From positions 482,098-546,097 of the forward strand of contig CAVOQQ010000006.1 of assembly GCA_963698395.1 (NCBI GenBank): a stretch of 64,000 nucleotides of DNA, in the 5' to 3' direction. Below are positions 44,047 through 52,474 of this stretch, piece by piece; positions within the stretch are counted from its first letter, which is position 1, and every line of letters begins with the position of its first letter. Position numbers and translations under genes: made by a program. This DNA comes from an uncultured Acidimicrobiales bacterium (GTDB lineage Bacteria > Actinomycetota > Acidimicrobiia > Acidimicrobiales > SZUA-35). The notes under the pieces were generated by a model, which made no database searches, was not told the origin of the DNA, and saw only the letters and a program-made list of their open reading frames with translations.

Positions 44047-45204
44047 ATGACTGAGCAAGCGACCACCTTCGTCGGCTACGGCGAACAGCAGGCTGCCATG
44101 GATGCCTATCGAGCCGACGGCGAAGCCCGCGCCATGACGCTTGGCAACCGCGGGCCGATCCGATACGACACCAACGGGCAGTTGGCCGGCGACATCCTCG
44201 AGGCGTACTGGCGCACCGGCTTCTATGTCTTCGAAGGGGTCGTCGGCGAAGAAGAGCTCGCCGACATCGAACGCGACGCACTCGACATCCTCGATCGCAG
44301 CCCGCTCGAGCCGCAGGGCACGGTCGATCGTCATGGCCGCCCTGCTCTCGGTGCCGACGGCCGTGGCGGCGGCATGGGCATGGTGCGTCCGCTGTCGGAC
44401 TCGCTGGGCGGCACCACCAAGAACAACGGTCGCCACCCGTTCAAGATGTTCGAGCCATCCGCCGCCGAGGATGCGCCCGAGTGGGTGCCCCAGGTATTGG
44501 GCGGCTCGCTCCAGTTCTCCGACGCGGCACTTCGGCTCTACGCCCACCCCGACCTCCTGAGGGTCGCCGAGGCGATCAACGGTCCGGACTTCTCACCGTT
44601 CAACGAGGTCATGTGGTTCAAGGCCCCGAGGCTCGGCGGGGCGGTGTCGTGGCATCAAGATGGCACCACCCACTGGAACACCCCGAAGTTCCACCGCGGG
44701 AGCCATGGGTTCAATTTCATGGCGCAGCTCTATGGCTGCAACTCGGCGAACGGTCTGTGGATCGTCCCTGGTTCTCACCTCGAACTCGCTGACATCAAGG
44801 CGTGGTGCGAAGACGCCGGGTCCGACCGGTTGCCCGGCGCCGTGCCGATGCTGTGCGGCCCAGGAGACGTCGGGATCACCAACCGCCAGGCCGTTCACGG
44901 TTCGTTCCCCAACACGAGCGACGAATGGCGCATCACGGTCAACTTCGGCTTTCACCCGAGGGACTGTGTTGTCGGGTCACGCGGCAACGGCATCCATGCG
45001 CCCGGCAGCGATCAGTTGATCTACGACGAGGAGCGAGTGGTGCAGCGCTCACGTGTGCTCGGGCTGGCGATCGCCGCTCGTTGCCAACGCTTTCCCGACG
45101 AGAACCCTTACGCCTATGCCCCTCAGGTCGGGCAGACCTTCGAGTGGAACGACGAAGCCCGGGAGTCGCTACGGGGCTACAACGCGCTCGATCTCGGTAT
45201 CTAG
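44047..45204 (+). CDS. PhyH-like Fe(II)/2-oxoglutarate dioxygenase family protein
   Basis: ATG 44047, preceded by AAGGAGAA. WRTGFYVFEGVV, WHQDGTTHW (H-x-D) and AVHGSFPNTS. It is larger (385 aa) than the other two PhyH paralogues. Confidence 0.7.
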   Translation: MTEQATTFVGYGEQQAAMDAYRADGEARAMTLGNRGPIRYDTNGQLAGDILEAYWRTGFYVFEGVVGEEELADIERDALDILDRSPLEPQGTVDRHGRPALGADGRGGGMGMVRPLSDSLGGTTKNNGRHPFKMFEPSAAEDAPEWVPQVLGGSLQFSDAALRLYAHPDLLRVAEAINGPDFSPFNEVMWFKAPRLGGAVSWHQDGTTHWNTPKFHRGSHGFNFMAQLYGCNSANGLWIVPGSHLELADIKAWCEDAGSDRLPGAVPMLCGPGDVGITNRQAVHGSFPNTSDEWRITVNFGFHPRDCVVGSRGNGIHAPGSDQLIYDEERVVQRSRVLGLAIAARCQRFPDENPYAYAPQVGQTFEWNDEARESLRGYNALDLGI

Positions 45205-45215
45205 AGCGCGCCGGT

Positions 45216-45229
45216 GCCCCGCTTGGGGC
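45216..45229. terminator. Short GC hairpin between convergent genes (possible terminator)
   Basis: GCCCC-GCTT-GGGGC, 12 nt after the PhyH-like stop. There is no U-tract. Confidence 0.25.
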
Positions 45230-45274
45230 GGAGGGTGGCGGGGTCTTGGAGGAACGAACGGGCAACCGGTTGAG

Positions 45275-46603
45275 CTAGGGCCCGGGTGGCCAGAGTCCGA
45301 GGTTTTCGAGTCGGGTTTTGTGGCGGTGACATGGTCCGCATCTGGGTTCGCCGTTGGTGGGGACGGTTTGCCCGCCCTCGCAATGGCGAATGGTGTGGTC
45401 GGTGTCGCAGTGCCAGGCTCGGGTGTCGCAGCCGAGGCCTTGGCAGTGCCGGTCGCGGATCATGATGCCGAGCCGTTGGGCCCCGGTGAACAGCCGGGTT
45501 TTGGCTGATGCTTCGAAGTTGCGGGTCTTGGTGTTCATGACGAAGAGGCGGACGTGGCCGGCGATGGCGATGTCGAGTGCGTCGGCGGGGGAGATCGGGC
45601 GGCCGGACTCGGTTTCGCAGCGGCGGGTGGCGGCCCGTCGGCAGGCCTCTTCGGTAGTCAAGGTGCACGGCGTGAAGGTTTCGCCTCGGGCTTCGGCGTC
45701 TCGTCGTTCGGCTTGTTCGTCGAGTGTGTCGTTGTCGACGACGACGTTGGCGACGAGGTTGGCGGTGGCAGGGTCGGCGCCGATGCCGTTGCGGATGAGG
45801 CGGAACAGGGCGTCGTGACGGCGTTGGGTGTCGGAGCGGTGGAGGTCTTCCATGGTGGCGCCGTCACCGATGCGTGCCCGTGCTTCGGCCCAGTCGGCTT
45901 CGAACAGTTCGTCGGTCAGGACCTTGATCGCCGGTTCGACGAAGGCGAACGCGGCGGTGGTGGTGAGGATCTCCATGATCACGTGCTGTTGCACAGGGCT
46001 GGTGAAGGTGAGTGACCGGTCGGTGTGGGCCCGTTCGGCGTATTCGTTCGGATCGACCGGGTCGACGAGGATTTCCCAGCTCTGGAACAAGGAGTTGCAG
46101 GTGGGCCAGTCGTTGCGGGTGAACCCGATGAGTGCGGTGAGGTCTCGGGTGAGGAAGGAGCGCAGTGCGGGTTTGTTCCAGATGCGGGCGAATAGGTCGA
46201 GGTGTTCGTCTCTGATGGTGCCGGCCCGGTAGGCGTCGCCGAGTTCGGTGTGGATGCTGAACATGAGGGCGCCGCGTTTGAGGACACCGCCGGCGGTGCC
46301 TTTGGCGATGCGGAGCGAGTCGGCAAGCCACAGGGTCTCGTTGCGGTACTGATCGGCCGATGGGCCTTTGCGACGTTTCGCCTCGGCGCAGAGCTGGTAG
46401 TAGTCGGCCTTGGCCTGCCGTGCCCGGTGCTCGGATTCGAGGATCAGCTCGTGCAGCTGCGTCTTCGACAGGTCGGTCGGATCGATCGTGGCGAGATCGA
46501 CGCCGGCGAACGGCCGCTCATCGAGAGGCGTTGTCGTTCCGCCGATGGTTGGTTCGTGTGGCGAGTCTCTGAGTACTCCACCGATGCTCCCGCCCAGGAC
46601 CAT
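45275..46603 (-). CDS. DUF222 / HNH endonuclease domain protein (REP13E12-like family)
   Basis: ATG 46603 (MVLGGSIGGV...). The C-terminal HNH/Zn-ribbon is DRHCQGLGCDTRAWHCDTDHTIRHCEGGQTVPTNGEPRCGPCHRHK. The body resembles actinobacterial DUF222 proteins. Confidence 0.8.
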   Translation of the reverse strand: MVLGGSIGGVLRDSPHEPTIGGTTTPLDERPFAGVDLATIDPTDLSKTQLHELILESEHRARQAKADYYQLCAEAKRRKGPSADQYRNETLWLADSLRIAKGTAGGVLKRGALMFSIHTELGDAYRAGTIRDEHLDLFARIWNKPALRSFLTRDLTALIGFTRNDWPTCNSLFQSWEILVDPVDPNEYAERAHTDRSLTFTSPVQQHVIMEILTTTAAFAFVEPAIKVLTDELFEADWAEARARIGDGATMEDLHRSDTQRRHDALFRLIRNGIGADPATANLVANVVVDNDTLDEQAERRDAEARGETFTPCTLTTEEACRRAATRRCETESGRPISPADALDIAIAGHVRLFVMNTKTRNFEASAKTRLFTGAQRLGIMIRDRHCQGLGCDTRAWHCDTDHTIRHCEGGQTVPTNGEPRCGPCHRHKTRLENLGLWPPGP

Positions 46604-46609
46604 GGTGGA

Positions 46610-46638
46610 AGAATAGCGAACAGATGTACGTAAATCAA
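46610..46638 (-). promoter_or_regulatory. Sigma-70-type promoter TTGATT-17 nt-TATTCT, positioned for a leaderless transcript of the HNH/DUF222 gene
   Basis: The minus strand reads TTGATT (46638-46633), a 17-nt spacer, TATTCT (46615-46610), then 6 nt (TCCACC) and ATG 46603. No Shine-Dalgarno is present. It sits within a ~65-bp AT-rich island (46608-46672). Confidence 0.5.
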
Positions 46639-46648
46639 AAGCTTTTGA
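46635..46648. promoter_or_regulatory. Perfect 14-bp palindrome TCAAAAGCTTTTGA overlapping the -35 element
   Basis: Read directly from the sequence; it is centred on AAGCTT. Confidence 0.5.
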
Positions 46649-46998
46649 AATTAAAAAAGTCAGTATGATGAGAGTCTGGCGCCAAGCAGCAGCGAAGCGG
46701 TCGCCGCGGTCAGGATGGCCATGGTCCGCCGAGTAGGAGCCCGATGATCCACGAACCTCGACAGCACCAGCAGCGCACCGATCAACAGCGGCATCGCAAG
46801 GGCGGCTACGCCCGCCGCGGTCAACCCTCCGGAACCCTCGAGCCAGCGAGCGCCAGACCAGCAAGTCGGACTTGACGGCCACGAAGTCCAGGAGGTGGTG
46901 GTCGAGGTGGTGGCGGCACGCTGGTCGGGTGGTCGAGTGTCATGTCTCGAACTAGCGTCGGATGCGAAGCCGTTGAACATCACTCCGAGGGGGAAGCG

Positions 46999-48327
46999 AT
47001 GACCGACACCCAGATCGACCGCGAGACGTGGCTGGCCCGCAAGCCGGTGAGAAGTCCCGAGATGGAGCAGGCCATCTTCGGGGGTGATGTCGGCGAGGCC
47101 GCCGATCTGACGCTCGACGAGATCAACCCGATGAATCCCCACCTGTTCCGGGAGCATCGTTGGCACGACCACTTCGCTCGGCTGCGACACGAAGACCCCG
47201 TGCACTTCAACGAGCTCGGATCAGCCGGTCGCTATTGGTCGGTCACTCGCTACGAAGACGTGCGCGCCGTCGACAGCGACTGGAAGACTTACTCCTCGGC
47301 CAATGGCATCACCATCGGTCCGCCGGTTGGCGCACCCATTCCCGAATCACTCGGCAACGCCTCCTCCTTCATCGCCATGGATCCGCCGGAACAAACGGCA
47401 CAGCGCAAGACGGTCCGTGGGATCTCGGCGCCGAGCAGCCTTCGCAACCTCGACGATCTCATCCGGGAACGTACCGTCGGTGTGCTCGACCGCCTTCCCG
47501 AGGGTGAGCCCTTCGATTGGGTCGAGACCGTTTCGATCGAGCTGACCACGCTGCTGCTGGCGACCCTGTTCGACTTCCCGCTCGAAGATCGACACAAGCT
47601 CACCCGATGGTCCGACGTCGCCACCTCGATTCCCCAACCCGGCGGGGTGGTCGAATCGGGAGCGCAGCAACGAGCCGAGATCCAGGAGTGCCTCGAGTAC
47701 TTCGAGCAACTCTGGGTCGAGCGTGAGGCGAACCCTGGCTTCGACCTCGTCTCGATGTTGGTTCACGGGGAAGCCACCAAGGGCATGCCGGCGGCGGCCC
47801 ACCTCGGCAATGTGTTCCTGCTGATCGTCGGCGGGAACGACACCACCCGCAACTCGATGTCGGGCAGCGTCTACGGGCTGAATCGGTATCCCGATCAATA
47901 CACGAAGCTGATCGCCGACCCGTCGCTCGTCGCGAACCTCGTTCCCGAGATCATTCGCTGGCAGACGCCGTTGGCCTACATGCGGCGCACCGCCACCTGC
48001 GACACCGAACTCGGCGGCAAGCAGATTCGCAAAGACGACCAGGTGCTGATGTGGTACCTCTCGGCCAATCGAGACGAGTCCGTCTTCGGTGACAACGCCG
48101 ATGCCATCGACCTCGACCGGCCGAACGCCGAACGTCACCTGTCGTTCGGCTACGGCATCCACTTCTGTATGGGCAGCCGTCTGGCCGAGCTCCAGCTGCG
48201 CATCCTGTGGGAAGAGATCCTGCAGCGATTCGAGCGCATCGAGGTCGTTGGCGAACCCGAGCGCACCCTCTCGTCGTTCGTCAATGGCTACACACGCCTC
48301 CCGGTCCAGCTCACTCGCAAACGCTGA
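46999..48327 (+). CDS. Cytochrome P450 (CYP153-like soluble class)
   Basis: ATG 46999, preceded by GAGGGGGA. Heme loop FGYGIHFCMGSRLA and ExxR in EIIRWQTP. The N-terminal region (YWSVTRYEDVRAVD...FIAMDPPEQTAQRK) resembles CYP153 alkane/terpene hydroxylases as I remember them. Confidence 0.8.
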   Translation: MTDTQIDRETWLARKPVRSPEMEQAIFGGDVGEAADLTLDEINPMNPHLFREHRWHDHFARLRHEDPVHFNELGSAGRYWSVTRYEDVRAVDSDWKTYSSANGITIGPPVGAPIPESLGNASSFIAMDPPEQTAQRKTVRGISAPSSLRNLDDLIRERTVGVLDRLPEGEPFDWVETVSIELTTLLLATLFDFPLEDRHKLTRWSDVATSIPQPGGVVESGAQQRAEIQECLEYFEQLWVEREANPGFDLVSMLVHGEATKGMPAAAHLGNVFLLIVGGNDTTRNSMSGSVYGLNRYPDQYTKLIADPSLVANLVPEIIRWQTPLAYMRRTATCDTELGGKQIRKDDQVLMWYLSANRDESVFGDNADAIDLDRPNAERHLSFGYGIHFCMGSRLAELQLRILWEEILQRFERIEVVGEPERTLSSFVNGYTRLPVQLTRKR

Positions 48328-48357
48328 CTCCCGCCGGTCCGGCCACCGCCCTCCACA

Positions 48358-48401
48358 CTGCCGCAAGACTTCCGCAAGACTGCCGCAAGGCTGCGGCAAG
48401 A
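48358..48401. repeat. Four tandem 11-bp direct repeats (CTGCCGCAAGA consensus)
   Basis: ctgccgcaaga / cttccgcaaga / ctgccgcaagg / ctgcggcaaga, located 31 nt after the P450 stop and 227 nt upstream of the PFK start. Confidence 0.9.
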
Positions 48402-48627
48402 CCCGACGAACGAACATGAGCACCGGCCACCGAGCCCAACGGTCACCTCGACAACGCCGGTGACGCAGTTGTGCCGATTGACCTTCGGCCACCGGGGCGG
48501 ATGCGCGGTCGAACCGGCACAATGAAGCGCCTCGATCCCGCGTCCACGCCAGCGTCCCCTCTGGCCTTCGCCCCGGCACGGGGGGATGCATCTCGACCCG
48601 ACCCGACCGTGTTATCAAGGTGGGAAC

Positions 48628-50874
48628 ATGACAAAGGAACCGGCAATGCCGAGCACATCACGACGGCTCGCCAAGTTGGCCGTGTTGACGAGCGGCGGGG
48701 ATGCCGCCGGGATGAACGCTGCGGTACGTGCCGTCGTCCGGACCGGGTTGGACCTGGGCATCGAGATGTTCGTGGTCTTCGAAGGGCTGCGGGGTCTGGT
48801 CGAGGGCGGTGATCTGATACGACCGGCGACCTCGGACGACGTCGGCGGCATCATGCATCGCGGGGGGACCGTGCTCGGCACCGCTCGTTCCGAGGCGTTT
48901 CGAACCCGCGACGGTCGGCGGCAGGCAGCACGAAATCTGGTTGAGCATGGCATCGATGCGCTGGTGGTCGTCGGCGGTGACGGCAGCCTCACCGGGGCCG
49001 ACCTCTTCCGGGAGGAATGGTCGGAGCTGCTCGACGAGTTGGTCGAGCAGAATGAGCTCGAACGGGCACAAGCCGACGCCCACGGCCGCCTGACGCTGGC
49101 CGGCCTGGTCGGATCGATCGACAACGACATGTTCGGCACCGACATGACGATCGGCGCCGACACTGCGCTTCATCGCATCACCGAGGCAATCGACGCGATC
49201 CAGAGCACGGCGTCCAGCCACCAACGGTCCTTCGTCATCGAGGTGATGGGACGCCATTGTGGCTACCTGGCGTTGATGAGCGCGCTCGCCACGGGAGCCA
49301 ACTTCGTACTGATCCCGGAGAACCCACCCGATACCGACGAGTGGGCGCCGTCGATGTGTCGAGCGCTGGAAGCCGGCCGGGCGATCGGGCGCCGCTCCAA
49401 CATCGTGATCGTCGCCGAGGGTGCGCAGGACATGCACGGCAACCCGATCACCGCTCAGCAGGTCAAGAAAGTCCTCGAGGAACTCAGCGGAGAGGACACC
49501 CGTGTCACCAGCCTTGGTCATGTGCAGCGAGGCGGCGCTCCGAGTGCGTTCGACCGGTACCTCGGCACCGTGTTCGGTCACGCCGCGGTCCAGCACCTTG
49601 CCGCGTCGCCCGACGCCGAGCCGCAACTGGTCGGAATCAGAGGCCACCAGATCGTCAACTCGCCACTGATGGAGAGCGTGGCGAAGACGAGGTCGGTCGC
49701 CGACGTCATCGCCAGGCACGACTACGACGCAGCGATGGCGATGCGAGGCGGCAGCTTTCGCGATTCGTTCCGGATGATGCGCACGATGGTGCGCGCCCAA
49801 CCGCACGTGCCGGCGCCCGGTCAGCGAAGGCTTCGGCTCGCCGTGTTGCACGGCGGTGGCCCAGCGCCGGGAATGAACACCGTCGTCCGAGTTGCGGTCC
49901 GGGCCGGAATGGACCTCGGACACACCGTGCTCGGGGTCCGACGCGGGTTCCGCGGGCTGGGCCGAGGCGAGGTCGAAGAGATGGACTGGATGAGCGTGTC
50001 CGGCTGGGTCGGGCGCGGCGGAGCCGAACTCGGTACGAGCCGATCGGTCGCCAGCCCCGAGATGCTCGCCGACGTCGCGGCGCAGATCCAGGCTCACGGC
50101 ATCGATGGGATCCTCGTGGCCGGCGGCTGGCCCGGGTATCAGTCTGCCCATGCAATGCAGATGCTGGCCGAGGTCCATCCGGCGCTGAAGATCCCGATCG
50201 TCTGCCTCCCCGCGTCGATCAACAACGATCTCCCCGGGTCGGAGCTGAGCATCGGCGCCGACACCGCGCTCAACAGCATCGTGAGCGACGTCGACAAGAT
50301 CAAGCAGTCGGCCGTGGCCTCTCGGAGGATCTTCATCGTCGAGGTGATGGGCTACGACTGCGGGTACCTGGCTCTGGTCAGCGGACTCGCCAGCGGTGCC
50401 GAACGCGTCTACGTCCCGGAGGAGGGGATCTCACTGCGCGATCTCGAGACCGACCTCGACGCGTTGAAGGACGGGTTCGAACACGGCAAACGGCTGGGCC
50501 TCGTCATTCGGAGCGAACACGCCGACGAGACCTACACCACCGACTTCATCAAGGCGCTCTTCGAGCGCGAGGGAGAGGGTTTGTTCGATGTTCGCGGCGC
50601 AATCCTCGGCCACGTGCAGCAGGGCGGGAATCCGTCGCCGTTCGATCGGATCCAGGCGACCCGGCTGGCGTGGGAGAGCGTCCATCATCTCGTCGAGCAA
50701 GTTGTTGCCGAAAGCCCGACCAACGCAATGATCGGGCTGCGGCATGGCAAGATCCGATTCACACCGCTGGCTGCGTTCCCGACACTCGTCGATGCGGATG
50801 TCCATCGGCCGCTCGAGCAGGATTGGATGTCGCTGGCACCCATCGCCGAGGTGATGGCCCGATCGGTCCGGTAG
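48628..50874 (+). CDS. pfk: ATP-dependent 6-phosphofructokinase, duplicated/fused (eukaryote-type, ~748 aa)
   Basis: ATG 48628, preceded by AAGGTGGG. The N-half has LTSGGDAAGMNAAVRAVVR, VVVGGDGSLTGA, GSIDNDMFGTDMTIGADTAL, VMGRHCGYLAL and LGHVQRGGAPSAFDR. The C-half repeats the fold with LHGGGPAPGMNTVVR, LVAGGWPGYQSA, PASINNDLPGSELSIGADTALN, VMGYDCGYLAL and LGHVQQGGNPSPFDR. Confidence 0.9.
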   Translation: MTKEPAMPSTSRRLAKLAVLTSGGDAAGMNAAVRAVVRTGLDLGIEMFVVFEGLRGLVEGGDLIRPATSDDVGGIMHRGGTVLGTARSEAFRTRDGRRQAARNLVEHGIDALVVVGGDGSLTGADLFREEWSELLDELVEQNELERAQADAHGRLTLAGLVGSIDNDMFGTDMTIGADTALHRITEAIDAIQSTASSHQRSFVIEVMGRHCGYLALMSALATGANFVLIPENPPDTDEWAPSMCRALEAGRAIGRRSNIVIVAEGAQDMHGNPITAQQVKKVLEELSGEDTRVTSLGHVQRGGAPSAFDRYLGTVFGHAAVQHLAASPDAEPQLVGIRGHQIVNSPLMESVAKTRSVADVIARHDYDAAMAMRGGSFRDSFRMMRTMVRAQPHVPAPGQRRLRLAVLHGGGPAPGMNTVVRVAVRAGMDLGHTVLGVRRGFRGLGRGEVEEMDWMSVSGWVGRGGAELGTSRSVASPEMLADVAAQIQAHGIDGILVAGGWPGYQSAHAMQMLAEVHPALKIPIVCLPASINNDLPGSELSIGADTALNSIVSDVDKIKQSAVASRRIFIVEVMGYDCGYLALVSGLASGAERVYVPEEGISLRDLETDLDALKDGFEHGKRLGLVIRSEHADETYTTDFIKALFEREGEGLFDVRGAILGHVQQGGNPSPFDRIQATRLAWESVHHLVEQVVAESPTNAMIGLRHGKIRFTPLAAFPTLVDADVHRPLEQDWMSLAPIAEVMARSVR

Positions 50875-51007
50875 CAACCGGGGCAAGCGTCCGACGCGGC
50901 CCAAAGAACAGCCGACGGCCCAAAGAACAACGTGTGTTGCCTTGCGCTCGGCGAAGCGGGGGACCTTCGGCTCTTTGCTCGGGCCGCGGACCAATCGACG
51001 ATCGTAG

Positions 51008-52474
51008 GTGATGGCTGACTGGCGCACTTCCACCGAGTTGCCCGGGCGGTTGTCCCCCGATTCGACGGAGGTGGCAACCGGTCGGATTGGTGCTGGCGCG
51101 GTGGTCACCGAGCTGGACCGCCTTGGGGTCTGGGTTCGTGTGCGGGCCGCTGACGGGGATGTCTGGTGGGTTGATGGCCGGCGACTCGAGCCGGTCGACC
51201 GTTTCGCCGCTGAGGCTGATCCTCAGGGAGCGTTGTCACTGCCTCCGCAGGATGCAGCGTTGTTCTCGGGGCAGGTTCCTCACCGCAGGGGGCCGCCGTT
51301 GGTCCTCGTCGCGACTGCGCTCGTCGGCGTGGGGTTGCTGTTCGCCGGTCTGGCGTCACTGGCGATGAACCGGCCGAGCGGCGACACGAGAACGGCGGTC
51401 GAGGGTACGACAACCTCGACCGAGGATGTCTCTCCTGTGCCCTCCCCAACATCCGCGCCATTGGCAATGACGAGCACCACGACTCCGGCTCCGACCACGA
51501 CCGAGGTCCACGTGACCAGGACCGACATCCGACTGGGGGAAGGTGTCGACCCGGAGCTTGAATTCCTACGACCGAGAGTGACCGCGCTCGCAGTCAGCCC
51601 GAGGGCTGTCTGGGCCGTTCGGTCCGACACCGGGGTCCTCTACCGGGTCGACCCGACCGTAAACGACGTCTCGCTATCGGTCGCGCTGTCGGACCGAGGC
51701 ACGAGCGGTACCAGCTACGCCCTCGATGTCGGATTCGGTTCGGTATGGGTGACCCGCAACGATCGGATCGAGGTGTTTCGGGTCGATGAGCAGTCGGGTG
51801 AGGTGATGGCGCGGATCGAGGCCGGCTTCTACGACACGATGGTGCGCGGCGACCACGGTGGTACCGACATCGCCGTCACCCCCGAAGGCGTGTGGGTCCT
51901 ACTGGAGGGGTTCCTGGGTGTCGAACTCGTACGGATCGATGAGGCCACCGATGAGGTGGTGGCTCGCTATCGGGTGAACGATGGCGCTTCCTCGGGTGGC
52001 GGTGTCGTTGCGGCACACGGAGCGCTGTGGGTCTGGAACTCCTGGAGTAGCGACGGGTGGGTCGCTCGCCTCGAACCGACGACCGGCGAGGTGACCGCGG
52101 TGGCCGAGGTGTCCTGTCTCGCCGGCCTGGCGGCGTACCGCTCCGGGATCCTCGCCGTCGACTCGTGCCCCGGAGACGGCGGTCTGCATCTGGTCGAAAT
52201 CGACTCGGTGACCGGCCAGATCATCGAGCAACACGATGTCGCGTTGGCAGGCCGGATCGCCAGCGCCGAAGATCGGTTGGCGATGGCCACAACGATCCAG
52301 GGCACCCCGGCGGTGGTGTGGTGGCCTGGCCGGATTGGCGACACCCCGGTCTACCGCGCGCTCGCCGACCTCGGAAGAATCGCTGATCTGGTCGTCGCCG
52401 ACGAAACAGTCTGGCTCGGCACGTTCGAGTCGCCGCTGCTCGTTCGGCTGGACGGAATGTGGGGTGGAGCATGA
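51008..52474 (+). CDS. Hypothetical bitopic protein with an SH3-like cytoplasmic N-terminus, one TM, a Thr/Pro linker and an extracytoplasmic beta-propeller-like repeat domain
   Basis: 488 aa. GVWVRVRAADGDVWWVDGRRLEPV is SH3b-like. The TM is PLVLVATALVGVGLLFAGLASLA. Recurring (G)xVWV strands (GSVWVTR, EGVWVLL, GALWVWN, ETVWLGT) are spaced ~45-60 aa apart. The start is GTG 51008 or ATG 51011. Confidence 0.55.
   Translation: MMADWRTSTELPGRLSPDSTEVATGRIGAGAVVTELDRLGVWVRVRAADGDVWWVDGRRLEPVDRFAAEADPQGALSLPPQDAALFSGQVPHRRGPPLVLVATALVGVGLLFAGLASLAMNRPSGDTRTAVEGTTTSTEDVSPVPSPTSAPLAMTSTTTPAPTTTEVHVTRTDIRLGEGVDPELEFLRPRVTALAVSPRAVWAVRSDTGVLYRVDPTVNDVSLSVALSDRGTSGTSYALDVGFGSVWVTRNDRIEVFRVDEQSGEVMARIEAGFYDTMVRGDHGGTDIAVTPEGVWVLLEGFLGVELVRIDEATDEVVARYRVNDGASSGGGVVAAHGALWVWNSWSSDGWVARLEPTTGEVTAVAEVSCLAGLAAYRSGILAVDSCPGDGGLHLVEIDSVTGQIIEQHDVALAGRIASAEDRLAMATTIQGTPAVVWWPGRIGDTPVYRALADLGRIADLVVADETVWLGTFESPLLVRLDGMWGGA

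Noticed and set aside
45275-46680. Annotating the HNH/DUF222 gene as a mobile element (IS/transposon)
   Set aside because: I could see no transposase/integrase, terminal inverted repeats or target-site duplication. Only the compositional island and promoter cassette hint at mobility, so it is reported as a CDS with a finding.
46660-46800. Small hydrophobic ORF at the 3' end of track ORF 46660..47205- (…MPLLIGALLVLSRFVDHRAPTRRTMAILTAATASLLLGARLSSY)
   Set aside because: There is no convincing start or RBS. It lies next to the AT-rich island, and the rest of the 181-aa ORF is antisense-like noise overlapping the P450 5' region. Evidence is insufficient.
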